A stretch of DNA of 64,000 nucleotides. Source: Pseudomonadota bacterium (lineage in GTDB: Bacteria > Pseudomonadota > Gammaproteobacteria > Pseudomonadales > Moraxellaceae). The stretch covers positions 2,750 through 66,749 of the forward strand of contig JAKBFV010000001.1 of assembly GCA_021833365.1 (NCBI GenBank). The letters are read 5' to 3'. The stretch's first letter is position 1, and the number at the start of each line of letters is the position of its first letter. Below are positions 62,923-64,000 of this stretch, one piece after another. The notes under the pieces were generated by a model, which worked only from the letters and a program-made list of their open reading frames with translations, was not told the origin of the DNA and searched no databases. A program made the position numbers and the translations under genes.

Positions 62923-63853
62923 GGGGGGGCGGCCGACGGTCCTCGCCCTGATGGGACCGACCGCCTCCGGCAAAACTGCGCTCGCTGTCGAACTCGTGCA
63001 GCGCGCGCCGGTGGAGATCATCTCGGTCGACTCAGGCATGGTCTATCGCGGCATGGACATCGGCACCGCCAAGCCCGATGCCGCCACCTTGGCCCTGGCG
63101 CCGCATCATCTCATCGATGTGCGCGAGCCCAGCGATCCTTACAGCGCCGCCGACTTTCGCAGCGATGCCCTGGCCTGCATCGCCGCGATTCAGGCGCGCG
63201 GCCACCAGCCTCTGCTCGTCGGCGGCAGCATGCTCTATTTCAAGGTTCTGCGCGATGGCCTGACCGAGCTGCCGCCGGCTGACGCCGCCTTGCGCGCCGA
63301 ACTCGAGGCGGAGGCGGCGGCGCAGGGCTGGCCGGCCCTGCATGCGCGCCTGGCGCAGGTCGATGCGGCGACGGCGGCGCGCCTGCAGGTCAGCGACAGT
63401 CAGCGCATCCAGCGCGCTCTCGAGGTCTATCAGCTCACCGGCGAACCCTTGTCGGCCTGGCATGCGCGGACGCGCAGCCAGGGTCTGCCCTTTCGTCTGC
63501 GCCAGTTCGCCTTGTGGCCGCAGGATCGCGACGCTCTGCACGCCCGCATCGCGCAACGTCTGGCGCAGATGTGGGCGCAGGGACTGGTCGAGGAGGTGCA
63601 AGCCCTGCTGGCGCGTGCGCCGGCGAGCGCGGATCTTCCCGCCTGGCGCAGCGTCGGCTATCGCCAGGTCCTCGCCCATCTGCAGGGCGCTTACGACCGG
63701 GTCGAGCTCGAGGAGCGCGCGCTCTTCGCTACGCGCCAGCTGGCCAAGCGTCAGCTGACCTGGCTGCGCGGCTTCGACGATATCGCTGTACGCGACCCCT
63801 TTCGTCTGCATCTCGATGAACTTGTGCGCTGGATCTTGCAAAATCGTGACTGA
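62912..63853 (+). CDS. miaA: tRNA dimethylallyltransferase MiaA
   Basis: P-loop MGPTASGKTALAVEL, then ISVDSGMVYRGMDIGTAKP. I chose the in-frame GTG at 62912, which overlaps the mutL stop and gives 313 aa. The ATG at 62951 is the alternative. The track ORF from 62804 lies inside mutL. Confidence 0.85.
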   Translation: MAAEGGRPTVLALMGPTASGKTALAVELVQRAPVEIISVDSGMVYRGMDIGTAKPDAATLALAPHHLIDVREPSDPYSAADFRSDALACIAAIQARGHQPLLVGGSMLYFKVLRDGLTELPPADAALRAELEAEAAAQGWPALHARLAQVDAATAARLQVSDSQRIQRALEVYQLTGEPLSAWHARTRSQGLPFRLRQFALWPQDRDALHARIAQRLAQMWAQGLVEEVQALLARAPASADLPAWRSVGYRQVLAHLQGAYDRVELEERALFATRQLAKRQLTWLRGFDDIAVRDPFRLHLDELVRWILQNRD

Positions 63854-63956
63854 GGCGCCAAAGTTACAGACCTCTCGCCCGGCCTGACGGTGGCGGGAGT
63901 TTTTTGCGCTGATTTGATTTTTTGTCCGATTTGGACCGTTTAGGAGGTAGCTCGCC

Positions 63957-64000
63957 ATGTCCAAGGGTCAGACCCTGCAGGATCCCTTTCTCAATGCCCT
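63957..64000 (+). CDS. hfq: RNA chaperone Hfq (5' end only, continues beyond window)
   Basis: ATG 63957 is preceded by a TAGGAGG RBS. MSKGQTLQDPFLNA matches the Hfq N-terminus (E. coli MAKGQSLQDPFLNAL). Conserved miaA-hfq order. Confidence 0.9.
   Translation, partial: MSKGQTLQDPFLNA

Noticed and set aside
61840-63964. 399-aa and 310-aa minus-strand ORFs
   Set aside because: They are antisense to mutL and miaA, whose identities are unambiguous.

Overview
This 64-kb window comes from a high-GC proteobacterial chromosome (gamma/beta-like gene order). Hand-counted sample lines give about 65-68% GC in the core part. The window splits into two halves.

LEFT HALF (1 to about 24150) is a mosaic accessory/defence island that ends next to tRNA-Phe(GAA). 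It contains five blocks:
- (i) An AT-rich minus-strand cluster (1-4769, about 35-42% GC in sampled lines). It is headed by a WYL-domain regulator coupled to a Zn-ribbon protein. Three small membrane/coiled-coil proteins follow, then a P-loop GTPase whose motifs are split over two translationally coupled ORFs. The cluster is cut by the window edge.
- (ii) A Zn-ribbon/DUF1311 membrane protein, a 5'-truncated TM2-domain gene, a ~180-bp MITE-like element and a 3'-truncated IS21-family element.
- (iii) A tight six-gene plus-strand operon (8901-19863): RHH regulator, DUF499/BrxC-like ATPase, a small DUF3780-position protein, a DUF1156 DPPY DNA methyltransferase, a PLD-SNF2 helicase fusion and a HEPN-like protein. 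This is a methylation-associated defence candidate that is neither canonical BREX nor DISARM.
- (iv) A high-GC prophage remnant with a complete lysis cassette (holin, SAR endolysin, Rz with embedded Rz1).
- (v) A second AT-rich two-gene insert, a serine-recombinase fragment and its partner gene.

RIGHT HALF (24150-64000) is ordinary core genome:
- yggX-mutY, feoAB, and a yeiH-family gene
- an ECF sigma/DUF3619/DUF3106 operon
- a complete MSHA-type type IV pilus cluster (mshI..Q, without mshM/N)
- trmL, secB, grxC, a rhodanese gene, rsgA, orn, a 7TMR-DISM GGDEF gene, queG, rsd, dsbB and gshA
- a hybrid histidine kinase and a divergent HD-GYP pair
- nnr-tsaE-amiB-mutL-miaA-hfq

I saw no rRNA and no CRISPR array. 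The most interesting candidates are the AT-rich WYL/split-GTPase cluster and the DUF499-DUF1156-PLD/SNF2 operon. All domain calls rest on motif recognition by eye, with no database search.
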